Both the position numbers and the translations under genes were made by a program. A stretch of DNA of 64,000 bases from Lama glama. Taxonomy: Eukaryota. The stretch is taken from contig CM052816.1 of NCBI GenBank assembly GCA_028534125.1, positions 67,334,001-67,398,000 of the forward strand. The letters are read 5' to 3'. Position 1 is the first letter of the stretch. Every line of letters begins with the position of its first letter. This document shows positions 50,276-63,815 of this stretch, one piece after another. The notes below the pieces were generated by a model, which was not told the DNA's origin, did not search any database, and saw only the letters and a program-made list of their open reading frames with translations.

Positions 50276-51894
50276 TCCCAAAAGAGCTTTCTCTTCTTGG
50301 CCTTTCATCAAAAGCAGTTCCAGCTTCCCTGCTAGTTCTCATGAAGTTTCAGCTTAGTCTTACCCATCTGTGGGGAGGAGGGAAGTTCGCACTGACGTGC
50401 AGCAACACTTACAGGAGCAGATAGCTGGGTCTCAGACTCTTTCACACTACCTCTGTGGTCCTGGCTTACAATAAAATATCACAAGGGCTTTCTTCTCTAT
50501 GGAGCAAAAAAGGTCTCTGGAATCCACTGATGGGTTAAAAATACTCAGAAATGATCAACAGCATTTGGGGAAATTTTTTCATTGACTCAAGAGAAAGAAA
50601 TTTCAATTGAGGATTTCAGTTTTTCACTGGAATAACCAATTCTCTGAATCCAGGACTAAGTGCTCAGAAACTGGAATTCAGAATGTCAACTCAATGACAG
50701 GCTCTCTTCCTGGTGGGCGGTAATGAGGCAATCAGATGACAAGTGCATGGTAGGCTGAGCCTTCCCCAGCTCTCAGGTGAACAGATGGCTGGGCATCTCT
50801 CTGTAGTATGTTGACGCCCAAGCCTCTCTTTTGCTATTTGTCCGTTTGTTTTTCCCCAGCTGCCATATACTGATTTTTTTTTCTGGTATATCATCACATA
50901 AGGATGAAAACTGTGTGCTCGAACACATAGGCAACTTTATTTCATCTTCATAACATGAATACCTGTTCTGGGAGGTTCAGATACAAGTTATGTCCACCAG
51001 TCCACCCCCAAAAAAGAGGAAAGGTACAAGAAGAGACCACACATATGAGAGCATCAAAAGCTGTAAAGAAATAAGAAGATGAAAGCACTGGCTTTAATTC
51101 TCCCAATGAAGCAACCAGTGCTAGCACTCACTGACTTGGCTAGTAAGAACAAGGAGGTCTTATACACAGGGCTACTCAAAGTGTGATCCCCAAACTGTGG
51201 ATCTGAAAAGAGAGTCAGCACCTAGAAACCTCTATAGCAATTTGACAATGACATGCCATCCAGGGGTACAATCAATGGACCCATCTCTTTGAACAAGCCA
51301 TGAACCAATTTGGGCATGGAGCTCACCCAGTGAATTTCAAGCGGGATGAACTGAGTATTAGCATCAGTGTGCAATGGATTGGGAAAAACCAACCTGGTTC
51401 TAAGCCTCAGAGGGTCTGAGAGCACGACTATAAACAATACACCCTATCAGGAGAGCTGATGCGTGTGACACTGCAGAACAGTGAGGCTTTGTTAGGGGAC
51501 CTAACTCTAAGACTCAGAATGTAAGGGCCCAAATTTTGGTTACATTAGGCAGCCTTCTCCAGCTGACATTTCTCAAGTCACACCTAGATGGTTTTATGTT
51601 CTAGAAAGCAGTGTCAAATACTTGCAAGAAAGCTCTTACAACCCCGGTTGGGGGACCACGGGGAAGACAGGAAATGATCTTATGAACCAGAAAGCAAATT
51701 CCTGATCCTCAAGCATAATCTTGGGCAGGAGGAGGGAATGACTCCAGAGAGAAAGCAAAAGCAGACTAAGATTAAGTGACAACTTTAACACCAGAAGCAA
51801 GCCAGAAGTGAAAAGGGCAAGCTATCCAAACATGCCTGCTTCCCTGATGGAGTCATTTCCAAGAGCTATTCAGCTTGTGAAAATTCTTTTCTTC

Positions 51895-52140
51895 ACGTTG
51901 ATAAAAGGGTTAAGAATGTGAAGCATGGGGTCAGGCTTTGAATCCCAGCTCCAACATTTACTACATGTGTGCCCTTGAGCAAATTACTTAACCCTGCTGA
52001 GACAGTTTTCTCAGCTATAAAAATGGATAGTAATAATGCCTTTACCTTAGTATTATTGTGAAGATTAAAGTAAATACTACACAAAAAGTTATCAGAAGAG
52101 TAACTCGCATTTAGTAGATCTTTTATTATTACTTACCATT
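51895..52140 (+). mobile_element. MIR SINE
   Basis: tttgaatcccagctccaacatttactacatgtgtgcccttgagcaaattacttaacc; gtgaagattaaag. Confidence 0.85.
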
Positions 52141-52394
52141 ATTACTACGATCATGTAAGAAAAAATGTTTCACAGTAAGAACTTCTTTAAAATGCCTGTC
52201 TCGATGACTTTCAAGATCTATAGTGCAAAGCAACTGTCTTTTGTATTTGAAAAGCTAAAATGTATCATTTAAGCCCCCAAAAGCTAACCTACACAGATCA
52301 CCTATGTTTCTCATAAAACCCCAAGTGAGATCATTTACTAACTTCTTCAAGCCCACTTCTGTAGGGTGTTTCTTACTGCCTATTTTTTGAGTTC

Positions 52395-52630
52395 ATGGAG
52401 GAAGGGGGAAGTTATATGTTTATACTTATAAATGAATAGAATATTATCAAAAGAACACATCAGAAACAGGGAATGGTGATTGCATGGAGTAAAGATCAAG
52501 ACATTGCTGAGGGAGTTGGAAAGACGGAGGAAGACTTATTTTTCACTTTATATCCCTTTGAATCCTTTTGAATTTTAAACCAAAGACACATTACATAATA
52601 ATTAAAAATTAATTTAATTAAAAAATAAAC
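52395..52630 (+). mobile_element. Ancient L1ME-like 3' fragment
   Basis: ggaagacttatttttcactttatatccctttgaatccttttgaatttt. Confidence 0.55.
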
Positions 52631-52654
52631 ATGCGAATGCTCAAGATGATTTGG

Positions 52655-52885
52655 TGTAAAAAACACTAGGCTAGGACCCGGGAGACCTAGACTCTATCAC
52701 TTACATGCTATGAGATCATGGCGAGACACTTAATATCTTCTTAGATTTCACAGTTGTAAAATACAGAAAATAATGCCTCCCAAATCACCTCACTGGGTTT
52801 ACATGAGGGTCAAATAAGATTATACAGGCAAAGCTGCTTTCCAGAGTACAAAGCATTATCCAAATAAAAGATATCCTTATTGTTA
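52655..52885 (+). mobile_element. MIR SINE remnant
   Basis: ggagacctagactct; gttgtaaaatacagaaaataatgcct; gagggtcaaataagat. Confidence 0.6.
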
Positions 52886-53679
52886 TTGGAACCTGTCCTC
52901 TTTGGTTGTTTTGGCTCCTCGAAACACAGAAAACGGAAAAGTTTACCTGCAAGAATCAGGAGTCATCTAATAGCTGAGTAGACAGTGGTCCTCTTCAAGC
53001 CAAACCCATCTCTATAACACCCTTCATTTCCCACTCAATTCCATCAACCGTAGACAACAATATCCAAGAGATGTGACCAGAGGAGCTGAAAGCAGCAAGC
53101 CAGCAAACGAGAGTCCACTGCAGAGGTGACCATCCATAAGGGTCTCACCCAACAGTTTTACCTTGTTTCGGACCTCACACCTCTAGGGTTTGAGAGCATC
53201 TATCTACTGGGGATGTGCCAGCATCTTGGCATTAAAGACAACACTTTGGTCTAAATATCACCTCCCCAATACCCAGCATCAATAGATGAGATGAATTCTA
53301 AATGTAGACATGTGCCATGTGCCAATCAGAAGGGTGAAAGACTCAGCTCTATCTGACCTCTCTCATCAGCAAAGGGGGAATGCCTCTTCACCAGATGGCC
53401 CTGACAATAGATAGGACAACTCAAGATGTCTGCGAGAAAAGCATAAACCAGCTTTCAAACAGTCTAAGGACTTCAGACCTCTACCCATGGAGCTGAATGC
53501 CATGTGCAGCCAGCCTCAATTCCAACCAAACAGCCCTCTTAAGCCTCTCAAACAATTCTTGTTGAGTGAAGACACTTCTAAACTGGCATCTGAGAGGATC
53601 ACCTTTCTAAAAATTCACATAAAACAGCATCATAAAAAGCTATTTCACATTTATGAGCTTTGCCTTGTAAAAGTAAACC

Positions 53680-53870
53680 AATATTTACTAAGCATTCATT
53701 GTGTGTCAGGCTCTTTCAAACACATAATAGTATTTATCTATTAAATCCTACAAAAACCTTTTGTTAACCCTGTTTTACAGGTAATGAACCTGAGGTTCTG
53801 AGAAAAGGAACCTATACATAAATGTCCAGCCAAGGTCTGAATCCAGGTCCCCAAATACTAGCTCCAGTGC
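53680..53870 (-). mobile_element. MIR SINE remnant
   Basis: atttactaagcattcattgtgtgtcaggc; cctgttttacaggtaatgaacctgaggttc. Confidence 0.6.
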
Positions 53871-53980
53871 TCCTGCTCCTCATCTGGTGCTCCCCAAATT
53901 AAATTTACCATGCAGTACTCTCAAACACTGAAACACTGTAACTGAAATGTTTGGCTATACTATATAAAGAGCTAAAAGTT

Positions 53981-54125
53981 GGGAGTCGGGTATAGCTCAG
54001 TGGTAAAGTGCATGCTTAGCATGTGCCACAACCTGGTTTCAACCCCTTGTACCTCCATTAAATAAATAAATAATTTTCAAAAACCTTCCCCCCCTCAAAA
54101 AAACACCAGAAAAAAATTTTGAAAG
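53981..54125 (+). mobile_element. tRNA-derived SINE (Vic-1-like)
   Basis: gggtatagctcagtggtaaagtgcatgcttagcatg; 13-bp TSD agagctaaaagtt (53968-53980, 54126-54138). Confidence 0.9.
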
Positions 54126-54913
54126 AGAGCTAAAAGTTAAAGCAAAATTCAAGCCCTAATTCAGATCACTGAAGTTAAGGCATAAGCTTAAAATACAGAG
54201 GCCAGAGGCAATGTGGGCAATGGTAAAACCCTATCTGAATTCTGCCACATCAGTCCTGAAGGTGATTGTGGCCCCTCCCTGGGCCACTGCACACAATTGT
54301 GCAGGTTGTGCACTGTGTACTAGTATGTATGGATGTTGCCCCATACAGGTGTCAGTATACATCCTCAACAACTGTCCACAGCAGTCCTACTCCCTCTTGG
54401 ATATCACTTGCAGTTGTGACTACAAAATATTAAAGTGTAATCCTGTTTGTAAAGATAAACTCCCCAAACTCCATATCCAGCAAGTTTGTGTTATTATTCA
54501 AAGGTACACGGTGGGAAAAAAATAGCTTTTAATGCTAATTTTCAGCCTGGAAATTACCTGTAATTTTGCTCTGAGAAAGGTTGGAGGAGCTAAGAGTAAG
54601 AGATGTGGAAATTATCATCACTAAACTATTTTATTCATATGAACACTAAAGTCAACATATCACTTTCCAAATAAATCATCTCCTTGTCCCAGTCTTAGAG
54701 CTCCAAACTCCCTGAAATCAATGCTCTGAACTCATCCAAACCATGGGACACCCAGGTCAGGGAATTAGATCATTATTGTCAGGTCTTTGCATTTAGCTCC
54801 TGAAATTCTGGGTTGAGGAACTAAACAAGAATAATTCCAAAATTTTGATGTCTCACTTTCAAGTGTTGTAGAGGATGACATCTCCCACGGAGATTACAGG
54901 AATTTTCTGGATC

Positions 54914-55335
54914 TGTATCTGTCAGGGTTCTGTGGGGAAGCAGATGCCACAGTTGAAATAAGATACTGTAAGGAGGATTTAGTTACCTACAAAGCTATGG
55001 GTGTATGGAGAACCACAGGGACAAAGCAATAACCCGAGGCTCATTAGTAGTCAAACTGTTACCAACTAAGCCAAAGAGAGAAAGAGAAGATATCTGAATC
55101 CAGAGGGAGAGAATGTATAGAGGCCACATCCTGAGAAAAGCTGTGACTCATGGACGGATACAGCAATCCAGGCATCCTAGCAGCAGGGAGCCAGGGGAAT
55201 GAACTCTGGGCCTCATTCATCCCTCTCCTCTGAACTGCTGGGACTCCTCATTGAACAGGCACAACTGGAAGCCAGAAGACAGGGAAATCCTTTGTGTGAT
55301 CTGCACAGATCAACTTTTCAGAGCAGAGCCAGGTT
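54914..55335 (-). mobile_element. ERVL solo LTR (LTR33/LTR41-like)
   Basis: tgtatctgtcagggttc...gaagcagatgccaca; actcctcattgaacaggcacaactggaagccagaagacaggga. Confidence 0.65.
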
Positions 55336-56997
55336 GGGGAGTATGGGGAGGAGAGAATGAGCAGGAGGAGGGGAAAGGGGGTGGTAGGAACCAGGTGACA
55401 AAAGGAGGATGTCTGGCACAGCACGTGAACTATCTTTAGAATAAATGCACCTTAGTAGTGTCTCCCTCTGTCTCTCACTCTCTTTTTCACCCTTGAGCAT
55501 ATGGCCCATTAACAGACCTTGAGATTTTACTTGTTGATTTCTTTTTCAGTTTTGAGGACAGAGATCTAAAGTCGTCTTCACAAATGCAATCCACACTCAA
55601 GCCATTTATCCATTAGCACACAGCCCCTGGGAAGATCATATTTGAAAAGGGTATTTATTACCTTTTAAATACATATATACAAAGATCATATTTATTTTTA
55701 TTTGGAGTAAAGGCATGTTTAAGTACCTTCGGCTCTTCTTAAATAAAGTGCGATGAATTCGTAGCTCATGTCTGAGGAGCCGCCTAATTGGGAATTCCCT
55801 CCCTGGCTTGCCCAAAAGGACCATAAGACACTGTGGTCTTAGCCTTTGGGAGCTTGATGGAAAACAGTGACAATGCCATGGGTTATGTGTTCCTCCTTCA
55901 TTAAACTCTTATTTGACTGCACCCTGATTTCTTCCTGGAACCATATTTTAAGGCTTGGTCTCAGTCATTCCACCAAGACTTGGAGATAAAATGTCCAATT
56001 CCCTGAGCTAAGGACAACTGTTCGCAAGGCTGCAGTCTCCTCTCCACTCTACTCCAGGCCACTTGGGGAGCCTCTGGATCCCTCTAGAGTTGCCATAACT
56101 CATCAAGCCTCAACATCAAAACCTTTATAGTATGTGGGACCAGGGACTGGGAGGGGGAAGGTTGAGGAACACATCCTCCACCAGCCTGGGAATGAACGAT
56201 GTCTTTATTTGTTTCTCTGTAAATTTGCCAGAGAGGTAGGACTGGAGTCAATGAACGGACTAGAGGTCAGGATATGGCATTCTAGGAAACACCATACTTC
56301 ACTGACTCTAAGATGTCAACAATTTGTAGGACTCACAATTATTTTATGTACCACTAAGAAAGAAAAAGTACTGCCAATCAGTGACACCAACTTCCTGCTT
56401 CTTTACATTTTTTTTAATTTATTCTGATGGATTTGGGATTCTTCCTGCCCTTAACAGCGTCACTTGTCCTGTTTAGACAATCCTTTTGCACACCTGTAAA
56501 ACATGTAACACAGCTCCAGTTACTTGTGGGAATCTTTCTTTCTCAAATCCCAGAAAACTGTTTAAAAGTATGGAACTGTATCCCTTCTGCCAAGATGGAT
56601 ATTTGCTTCACCAAAATCAAAATTATGCCTTACTGCTCTGTTTCGTGCCTTTGTGTACACAATAACTTCATTCCAGAGCTGAATCATAATGTAAACTTTC
56701 TGAAAATATTTTAAACAGTACTAAGTAGTACCAACAATGAACATAACTCAATTAAAATGAGGATCCTGTGGCCAGCAATGACCACACATCCACAAGAAAT
56801 ACCAATAACTGCCTTGCTGGTAGCAGGAGTAAAAACCACCACCCTAATCCTGCAAATCACCCTAATTTTGGAGATGCTGAAACATACGTGGGGGAGGGGG
56901 CACATCTTAGAAGCACTGAATTATGATATATATTTAAATATAACTACGTTGTAGCAGGTAGTAGGGTACATTTTGAGAACAGTTGATCTTAGAGGGT

Positions 56998-57440
56998 ACA
57001 TGTGTGGGGTCCCAGCAGGAAATAGACAGCATATGCAAAAGGAGTGATTAAAGAGAATTCAATGAAATACAATTTAGCAAGGTGTGAGTACAGTTAAGGA
57101 AAACCAGCAGGCACCTCTAGCTAGCAAAACCAGGAGACTGTTACAACTTTTGGGCATGAAGATTCAAGAGGAAAAAGGTGTTACCTGAACCCAGAGAAAC
57201 CCACAGTGTAGAAAGGGGCCATCCCAACAGGAGCTGGGGCTTTTGGTAGAGGAAGGCAGTTCTTCTAGGGAGCTGGACAGGAAGGGAGCAGAAGGAATAA
57301 ATGTGCTGGCCCCCCTGCCCTTCAACCTCCTGCCTTTTCCCATGCAATGTCGGGGGTGGGAGGGTGGCCCATAGAGCCAGCACCCCAGGACAGATGGCAG
57401 GGTAGACAATGGAATAGGGTGAAAGAGAATATCCAACACT
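56998..57440 (-). mobile_element. ERVL solo LTR remnant (LTR33/LTR41-like)
   Basis: gggtcccagcaggaaatagacagcat; ttaaggaaaaccagcagg; ggaataaatgtgc. Confidence 0.55.
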
Positions 57441-57812
57441 GAAGTTTCACCAGAAAGCCAAAAAGTTTTAGCCTAAAGTTAGGGATTTTGTGGTTGCCTT
57501 ATGAAACTTTGATGACCAAGGTAGACATTTCACAGCTCCTAGATGAAAATTATTACCAACAGGAAGGACCTAAGAATTTGCACTTGACTGTCCCTTTGTC
57601 TGAGTGTCAGATCAGATCTAAATTTATGTTCTGAAAAAAATCTTTACCTCTAGCTGCTCCATCTATATATGATTGAGATAAGCAGATGGGTAGGTAGGTA
57701 GACAGATCTAGACAAACATAGGCTAACCTCGCCTTGAACCCATCAGGCAGCTCCAAGTGGCTTGGATGAAAACAATCACAGTTAGAATGAGTTTGGTGGC
57801 TCCAAAAGCCAG

Positions 57813-58397
57813 TCTGTTTTATACTGAAGTATAGTATTTACAATGTTGTGTTAGTTTCAGGTATACAGCAAAGTGATTCCGTTATACATCTACAGATATA
57901 TTCTTTTTCAGATTCTTTTCCATTATAGGTTATTATGAGATATTGAATATAATTCCCTGTGCTCTATAGTAGGTCCTTGTTGCTTATCTATTTTATATAT
58001 AGTAGTGTGTATCTGTTAATCCTACACCCCTAATTTATTCCTCCCTCCCCCACCCTTTCCCCTTTGGTAGCCATAAATTTGTTTTCTATGTCTGTGAGTC
58101 TATTTCTGGTTTGTAAACAAGTTCACTTGCACCATTTTTTATATTCCACATGTAAGTGATATCATATGATACTTGTCTTTCTCTGTCTGACTTACTTCAC
58201 TTAACATAGTAATCTCTTGGTCCATTCATGTTGCTGCAAATGGCATGATTTCATTCTTTTTTATGGCTGAGCAGTATTCCATTGTGTATATATACCACAT
58301 CTTCTTTATCCAGTCATCTGTGGATGGACATTTAGGTAGCTTCCATATCTTGGCTATTGTAAATAGTGCTGCTATGAACATTGGGGTGCATGTTTTA
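57813..58397 (-). mobile_element. Young 5'-truncated L1, canonical 3' end
   Basis: tgaagtatagtatttacaatgttgtg...; ORF2 end TCTPMFIAALFTIAK; TSD aaaagccag (57804-57812, 58398-58406). Confidence 0.93.
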
Positions 58398-58589
58398 AAA
58401 AGCCAGCTTTTCACATAGAGTAATAATGATAGATAATATGCTTGAACCGCTGTGTGCTAGACACTGAGCTAATGCTTTATATTTAGATCTCATTTACTCC
58501 TCTCACAACCGTCTGAAGTCAGTATTGTTAATATTCCCACTTTACAGAGGTTAAAAACTTAAAAACTGACAAAAACTTCTTAAAAAATA

Positions 58590-59260
58590 AACTGAATTTA
58601 TCACTTCTCTGCCTAAAATGCCTTCTTCCGCACTTAGAAGAGAATTCCAAATCTCCGTGTATGATGAGACCTCCACCTGGCACCCAGCTCTGGGCCAGGC
58701 TCAGACATCCTGTCTCACACATTCTAGCCGCACTGGGCTTCCTTCACTTTCTCTAGTGTTCCGAGCTCTCTCTCCTTAAGGCCTTTGTATGTGCTGTTCT
58801 TGCTGCTTAGAAGTAGAATGTTCTCCTGCTGCTGTAGGGCAAGTGCCTTCCCACCTTTTATCAGTTCACCTGTCACTCCTTAGAGACCACCTTGACCTCA
58901 CCTACACCCATGTAAGGTAGATTTATCCACCAATGCACCTCTGCCTTTCTTTCCCTCTCTCAAGCCCTTATTTTATTTCTTTCATAGCTTTTCATGGTGT
59001 GTGTGTGTCTGTGTGTGTCTCCCTCCCAGCAGGACATAAGTCCCCAGACTACAGGAACCATATGTGACTTGGTCCTCTTCTCCACCTCCCCTACCATCAC
59101 TCTCTCAGCCCCTGTGTTTCCTCTGTAATCTGTACTATAATTTTCCATTCCTTTGTTTTCTCTTTACCTGTTCTTAGACTGTCTTCCCCACTAGAACCAA
59201 AGCTCCTCTTTTCAGCACTCTGTCCTTGGCACCCAAAACTCTATTTCACAAGTTGATGGT
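58590..59260 (+). mobile_element. L2 remnants
   Basis: cacttctctgcctaaaatgccttc; ggcctttgtatgtgctgttc; gactgtcttccccactaga. Confidence 0.65.
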
Positions 59261-60344
59261 GGAATTTGTCCAAGGACTTGAGGTCACTGAATGGGCAGGA
59301 CCTGCACCCAGAGCCTTCCTCTTCTCCCCCCTTCCCCCCACAGGATTGCCTCTAAGACGGTCCTCCCCTCCCCGTGAGGGGGAGGGGGACGTTGAACACA
59401 AACGTCGTGCGCAGTCTGCCTCTGGGGATGGGGAGAGAGCAGACATTCACACTTGTATCTCGGGTGTCCCCACTATGGTTGGCTGAACTGTTTGGAAAGG
59501 TGCATGCCACTGGGCCAAAAAAGGAAGACTCTGCACCTGATCTCTGATCCCAGCCACTGCACGCTGCATAGAAAGTAGTTCTACTTTCTCACTAGGCAGG
59601 AGAAGCTGCTCCCATTGGCATCCAAAAGACAGGGACAAAGGCAGCATCAGGGGACCAAGGTATCAGGCTCTGGACTTGCATCAGCTTTCCCTCCTTCCCT
59701 TCCCACACTGTTCATTCTTTCAGGTGAATCACAGAAGAAACAGGATGTACAAAGCCACCAACAGCATCATCTCTCCTGAGGAATCTATCACCACTCCTTT
59801 TGTATAATCTACCGAAGCTTTATCTATTTCCTTCCTCTGCTGCAGTTTTTTGCTTCTCTCTGCCTTTCCAGCTCCTCCTCTACTTTCTTTCTGCCAGAGG
59901 ATTTATTCAATGTGAGCACGTGTGCACATGTCTTTTAAAGCACAACGCTGGCTGCATTCCCAGCCAAGGAGGAAGAAGCTTTTGTGGCCCAACTAATTCA
60001 ATAAGCTTCAATTATTCATGGACTATTTATTAGGTGGGAAGAGAGCAGTGGTTCCACCATTATTAGTCCACAATCTATGAGAGGAGTAAATTAACTTCTT
60101 GTCACCATGGGAGTCACTGTATCCTCAAATGCAGGAGTGGCTAATGAACAAAGATTGGAAACTTTTTTACAAAGAGGTCATGACACACATCCCTTATGCT
60201 GTGTGGTACAAACAGAAAATAGGGCTCGGGGTGGGGCAGGAGATGTGAAGCGGAGAAGCAGCAGAGGGCACACAGCGCCCTGAGCGCTCATCAAACCGAG
60301 ACATTGCAGCAGGCATATATGAACCCGGAGCCACATGGTCAGCT

Positions 60345-60835
60345 GTTCTATATTCTTTTATGAGCTATCAGTCAGATGCAGCCACTAGAGGAGACACAGG
60401 AGAGGCTCAGGAAAATAAAATGTTATACTCACAGGCCCAAGAGACAGGAGGCATGCCACACCACGCAGGGCCACAAAGAAAAACACTAGCCTAATTAGGA
60501 GGCAGAAGACGGGAGAGAGGGGGCATTTAGGCTATGGCTGGTACTGAGGTGACCTTGGGAAAAGTGAGGCAAGGCAGGGGGAGACAGCTTAAGATCAACT
60601 GGTTTGAAAATCTGCTGTGGGCTTTGGGCTATCAGTGGGGTCCCTAGGTGCCTGGAACCTGGCCCTGGAATGATTAAGACAGAGGAATACCACCTCCTAG
60701 GGTGTTAGGACCAGACAGAGGACGTGTGGCTCTGGATATCAAAGGCGGCTCCCAGCTGAGCCCTTGCCTAAGAATTTGCAATCTCTCCCCACCCAGAAAG
60801 GTTTTTGAAGATGTCAAAACATCGTTATATACAGA
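60345..60835 (-). mobile_element. ERVL solo LTR (MER73/MER88 group)
   Basis: ttatactcacaggcccaagagacaggaggcatgccacaccacgcagggccac; gaagatgtcaaaacatcgttatatacagaaaa. Confidence 0.7.
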
Positions 60836-61292
60836 AAAATTTTAAACATATTCACTACATCATCCTTTCAGTAGAGCAGAATCCAGCACCATCATTAGCA
60901 GGGACAAAGAGCAGGGAATCTCAATGCAGGCATAACATAGGATGCGCTCTTACCAAGGAAATGGCCCTTTTAGAAATGGAAGCTGTGAAGCTCAGGGGGC
61001 CAGAATCAGCCTGTTCTTCAATCCACCTAACATAGACCAGCTGAGCCAGCTCTCTGCTAAGTTCCTAAAAGGTGGAAAGAAAAAAAATAGGCTTCTAGGT
61101 CTTTCTCTCCCTAGAGAGCAATGGGTTGATTTCTGGAAATGGTTAATTTTGCAGTAAACAGAGTCTGGAGATATTGAGCCCACGGGAGAGGATAAGGGCT
61201 GCTTCATTCTTCAGTTCTTCAGTCTCAGGACAGCACAGCAGCCACACAGTTTGGGGTTCATGGTATATGGACTTCGACATGAGTGTTTTAAA

Positions 61293-61593
61293 TTTCTTTT
61301 TTTTAATTGAAGTATAGTTGGTTTCAGTGTTGTGTTAGTTTCTCGTGTACAGCACAGTGATTCAGTTATAGATATATATATATGTTCTTTTTCATATTTT
61401 TCATTATAGATTATTACAAGCTATTGAATAACGCCATCTGCAGCAACATTGGTGTACCTAGAGATTATCATACTACAGTGCCAAAAGTCAGACAGAGAAA
61501 GATGAATATCATACGATATCATGCATATGTGGAATCTAGAAAATGAACTTATGACACAAATGAACTTATTTACAAAACAGAAGCAGACTCACT
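61293..61593. mobile_element. 5'-inverted (twin-primed) young L1 insertion
   Basis: 61293-61430 is the L1 3' tip on the minus strand; 61431-61593 is an upstream L1 segment on the plus strand; perfect 17-bp TSD gacatgagtgttttaaa (61276-61292, 61594-61610). Confidence 0.92.
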
Positions 61594-61624
61594 GACATGA
61601 GTGTTTTAAAACATAAGCTTCATC

Positions 61625-61995
61625 AAGTTCACAGATACAGGGAGCAGACTGGTGGTTGCCAGAGGCAGGGTGTTCGGGGTGGGCCAAATAGGTGAAAGGG
61701 GTCAAAAGGTACAAATTTCTAGTTATGAAATAAATAAATCACAGGGAGGTAATGTACAGCATGGTGACCATAGTTAATAATACTGTATCACATACCTGAA
61801 AGTTGCTAAGAGCATGGATCTTAAAAGTTCTCATCACAAGGGGAAAAAATTCTGTAACTATATATGGTGACAGGTACTAAGTCAACTTACTATGTGATCA
61901 TTTCACAATATATACAAATATCAAATCACTATGTTGTACACCTGAAACTAATTTAATGCCCTGTTAATTGTATCTTAATAAAAAATAAATAAAAT
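61625..61995 (+). mobile_element. L1MA-like 3' end (older)
   Basis: cagactggtggttgccagaggc; gtacagcatggtgaccatagttaataatactgta; aagttctcatcacaag; tatcttaataaaaa. Confidence 0.85.
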
Positions 61996-61999
61996 GTAG

Positions 62000-62521
62000 A
62001 TTTTTTTTATTTTTTTCAGGTAAGATTAGACCAACTGATCAGGAGACAACTGCCATTGAAAAAATAGTTTGGTATACTCAGAATCCAATAGGACAGGCAT
62101 GCCTGGCCATGGGAGGGGGGGCCACAGTGGGGAGAACCAGGGTCAATCAGGAGGTAGATATAGGTGGGGAAATAAAAGAGCCTTTATTGTGGTTTCTACG
62201 GAAAGGAATGGGAGAAGCAGGGTAAGCAGGCTTTGGACTGGCTACTTTGAATGATTTCAGTGAGTTGTGTGGCATAGGGACTGTCCTTACCTGCCTAGTA
62301 CCTGGCCGTAAGGTGACAAGGGCAGGCAGATAGTGGCCTGGGACACAAACGCTCCATAAAGGAGGTGGTAGGGGTGTGGGCTCTGGACTGGCTGGTTTGC
62401 ATACAAAAGGCACCCTAGTAGGCCTGTCTTCTGCTATCTCTAGGAACTGGCCAACCCTGAGAGAGGCCCCAGATGTCAAAGCATCAAAAATACAGAAAAT
62501 TAAAAGATGTACTTAATATAA
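62000..62521 (-). mobile_element. ERVL solo LTR (MER74-like)
   Basis: aagagcctttattgtggtttc; gatgtcaaagcatcaaaaatacagaaaattaaaagatgtacttaatata. Confidence 0.85.
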
Positions 62522-63047
62522 TGACTGTAGAATGCAAATGGAGGACTGAGTCCTAGGACTTTTGGAAAGGGTGACAGAGAAATCTACCTAGAGCTTGAAC
62601 CAGGCCTTTACAAGTAGAGATGATTAGCAGATGAAAGTGGTATAGAGATGCTGGGGTAGGAAGGAGGCAACAGAGGGAGGGAGGGAAGAACACCTTCCAG
62701 GCAGTGAAAATGATATGAAGGTGAAGATGCAGAGAGACCCCTAGTATCCTGTGATCACAAAAGCCATTCCTTTTCTCTGACTCTTGTTTAAATTAAGCCC
62801 TGAATATGTGCAAAAGAATATTGAAACCTGTGTCTGGTCAGCGGGGATTGCCCCACCACCTCACAGGGCAGTAGTGAGGATTACATGAAACAATACCCAT
62901 ACCATGGCCAGCACCGTGCCCGCATACAGAAGGTATTAGGAGAAGTCAGCTTCGTCCCTCCCCTCCTCTGCCCTCCCTTCTCTGACTGCCTCACCAAACC
63001 TCTGGGTACCCTGCCAGCACCATTCTCAGTGGTGCAGAATCCTCCTT

Positions 63048-63417
63048 TGTTATGAAATGCATGTTTGTGTTTCCCCCAAAATTCACATGTTCAAGCCTAA
63101 CCCTCAGTGTGATGGTGTCTGGAGTGGGGCTTCCGGGAAGTATTTAGGTTTAGATGAGGTCATGAGAGTGGTGGGTCCTCTTAGAAGAAGAGGCCAAGAC
63201 CAGAGCTCCCTCTCTCTCAAACACGTGGGGACACAGCAGCCGTAAAGGAGAGGGAGAAGGTTGCAGTCTGCAAGCCTGGAAGAGAGCTCTCAGCAGAATC
63301 CGACCGTGCTAGCCCCCATCTCAGACACCGGGCCGCCACAACTGTGAGAAAAAATGTCTGCTGTTAAAGCCACCCGTCTGTGGTGTTCTGTTACAGCACT
63401 CCTGGCTGATAAAGATG
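63048..63417 (+). mobile_element. MaLR solo LTR (MLT1A-like)
   Basis: tgttatg...gtttgtgtttcccccaaaattc; ttaggtttagatgaggtcatgag; aactgtgagaaaaa; ttctgttacagcac. Confidence 0.88.
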
Positions 63418-63639
63418 CCCTCAAACCTCCTGGAAGAATAAAACCCTTAGTTTCAAGACAGGAAAGAGAGATGAATGTGCCTTTGACGAACTCCTGGGCC
63501 ATAAAGATCACTAAAACGTCTCTTCTTTAGAGGATTAAACTAGACAGTTTAAAACCAGAAATCCCAGAATGGCGGGATCTCATAGGCTTATGATCTGAGA
63601 GCTTACGACCCTCACCAGCATAGACTGCTGGGGAACCTG

Positions 63640-63815
63640 GTGCCAATATTTCTGAAAGCACGGCTCCTACATCACCTTTATCAGAAACTACCCAGAGTGT
63701 CTGTTATAAAAATCAGATAGAGCTCTGCCCCTGTTTTATCAAAACCGATAGTTGGGAGCCTAGAAGTCTGCATTTGAATAAGCTCCCAGGTCAGTGACAC
63801 AAGAGAACCACTGAC
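63640..63815. mobile_element. MER5A-like MITE remnant
   Basis: atcagaaactacccagagtgtctgttataaaaatcagat; agtctgcatttgaataagctcccaggt...gagaaccactg. Confidence 0.65.

Noticed and set aside
19869..62521. Related ERVL LTRs (19869, 60345, 62000) as paired ends of a provirus
   Set aside because: They differ substantially in their 5' regions (different subfamilies) and no gag/pol-like internal sequence lies between them; independent solo LTRs.
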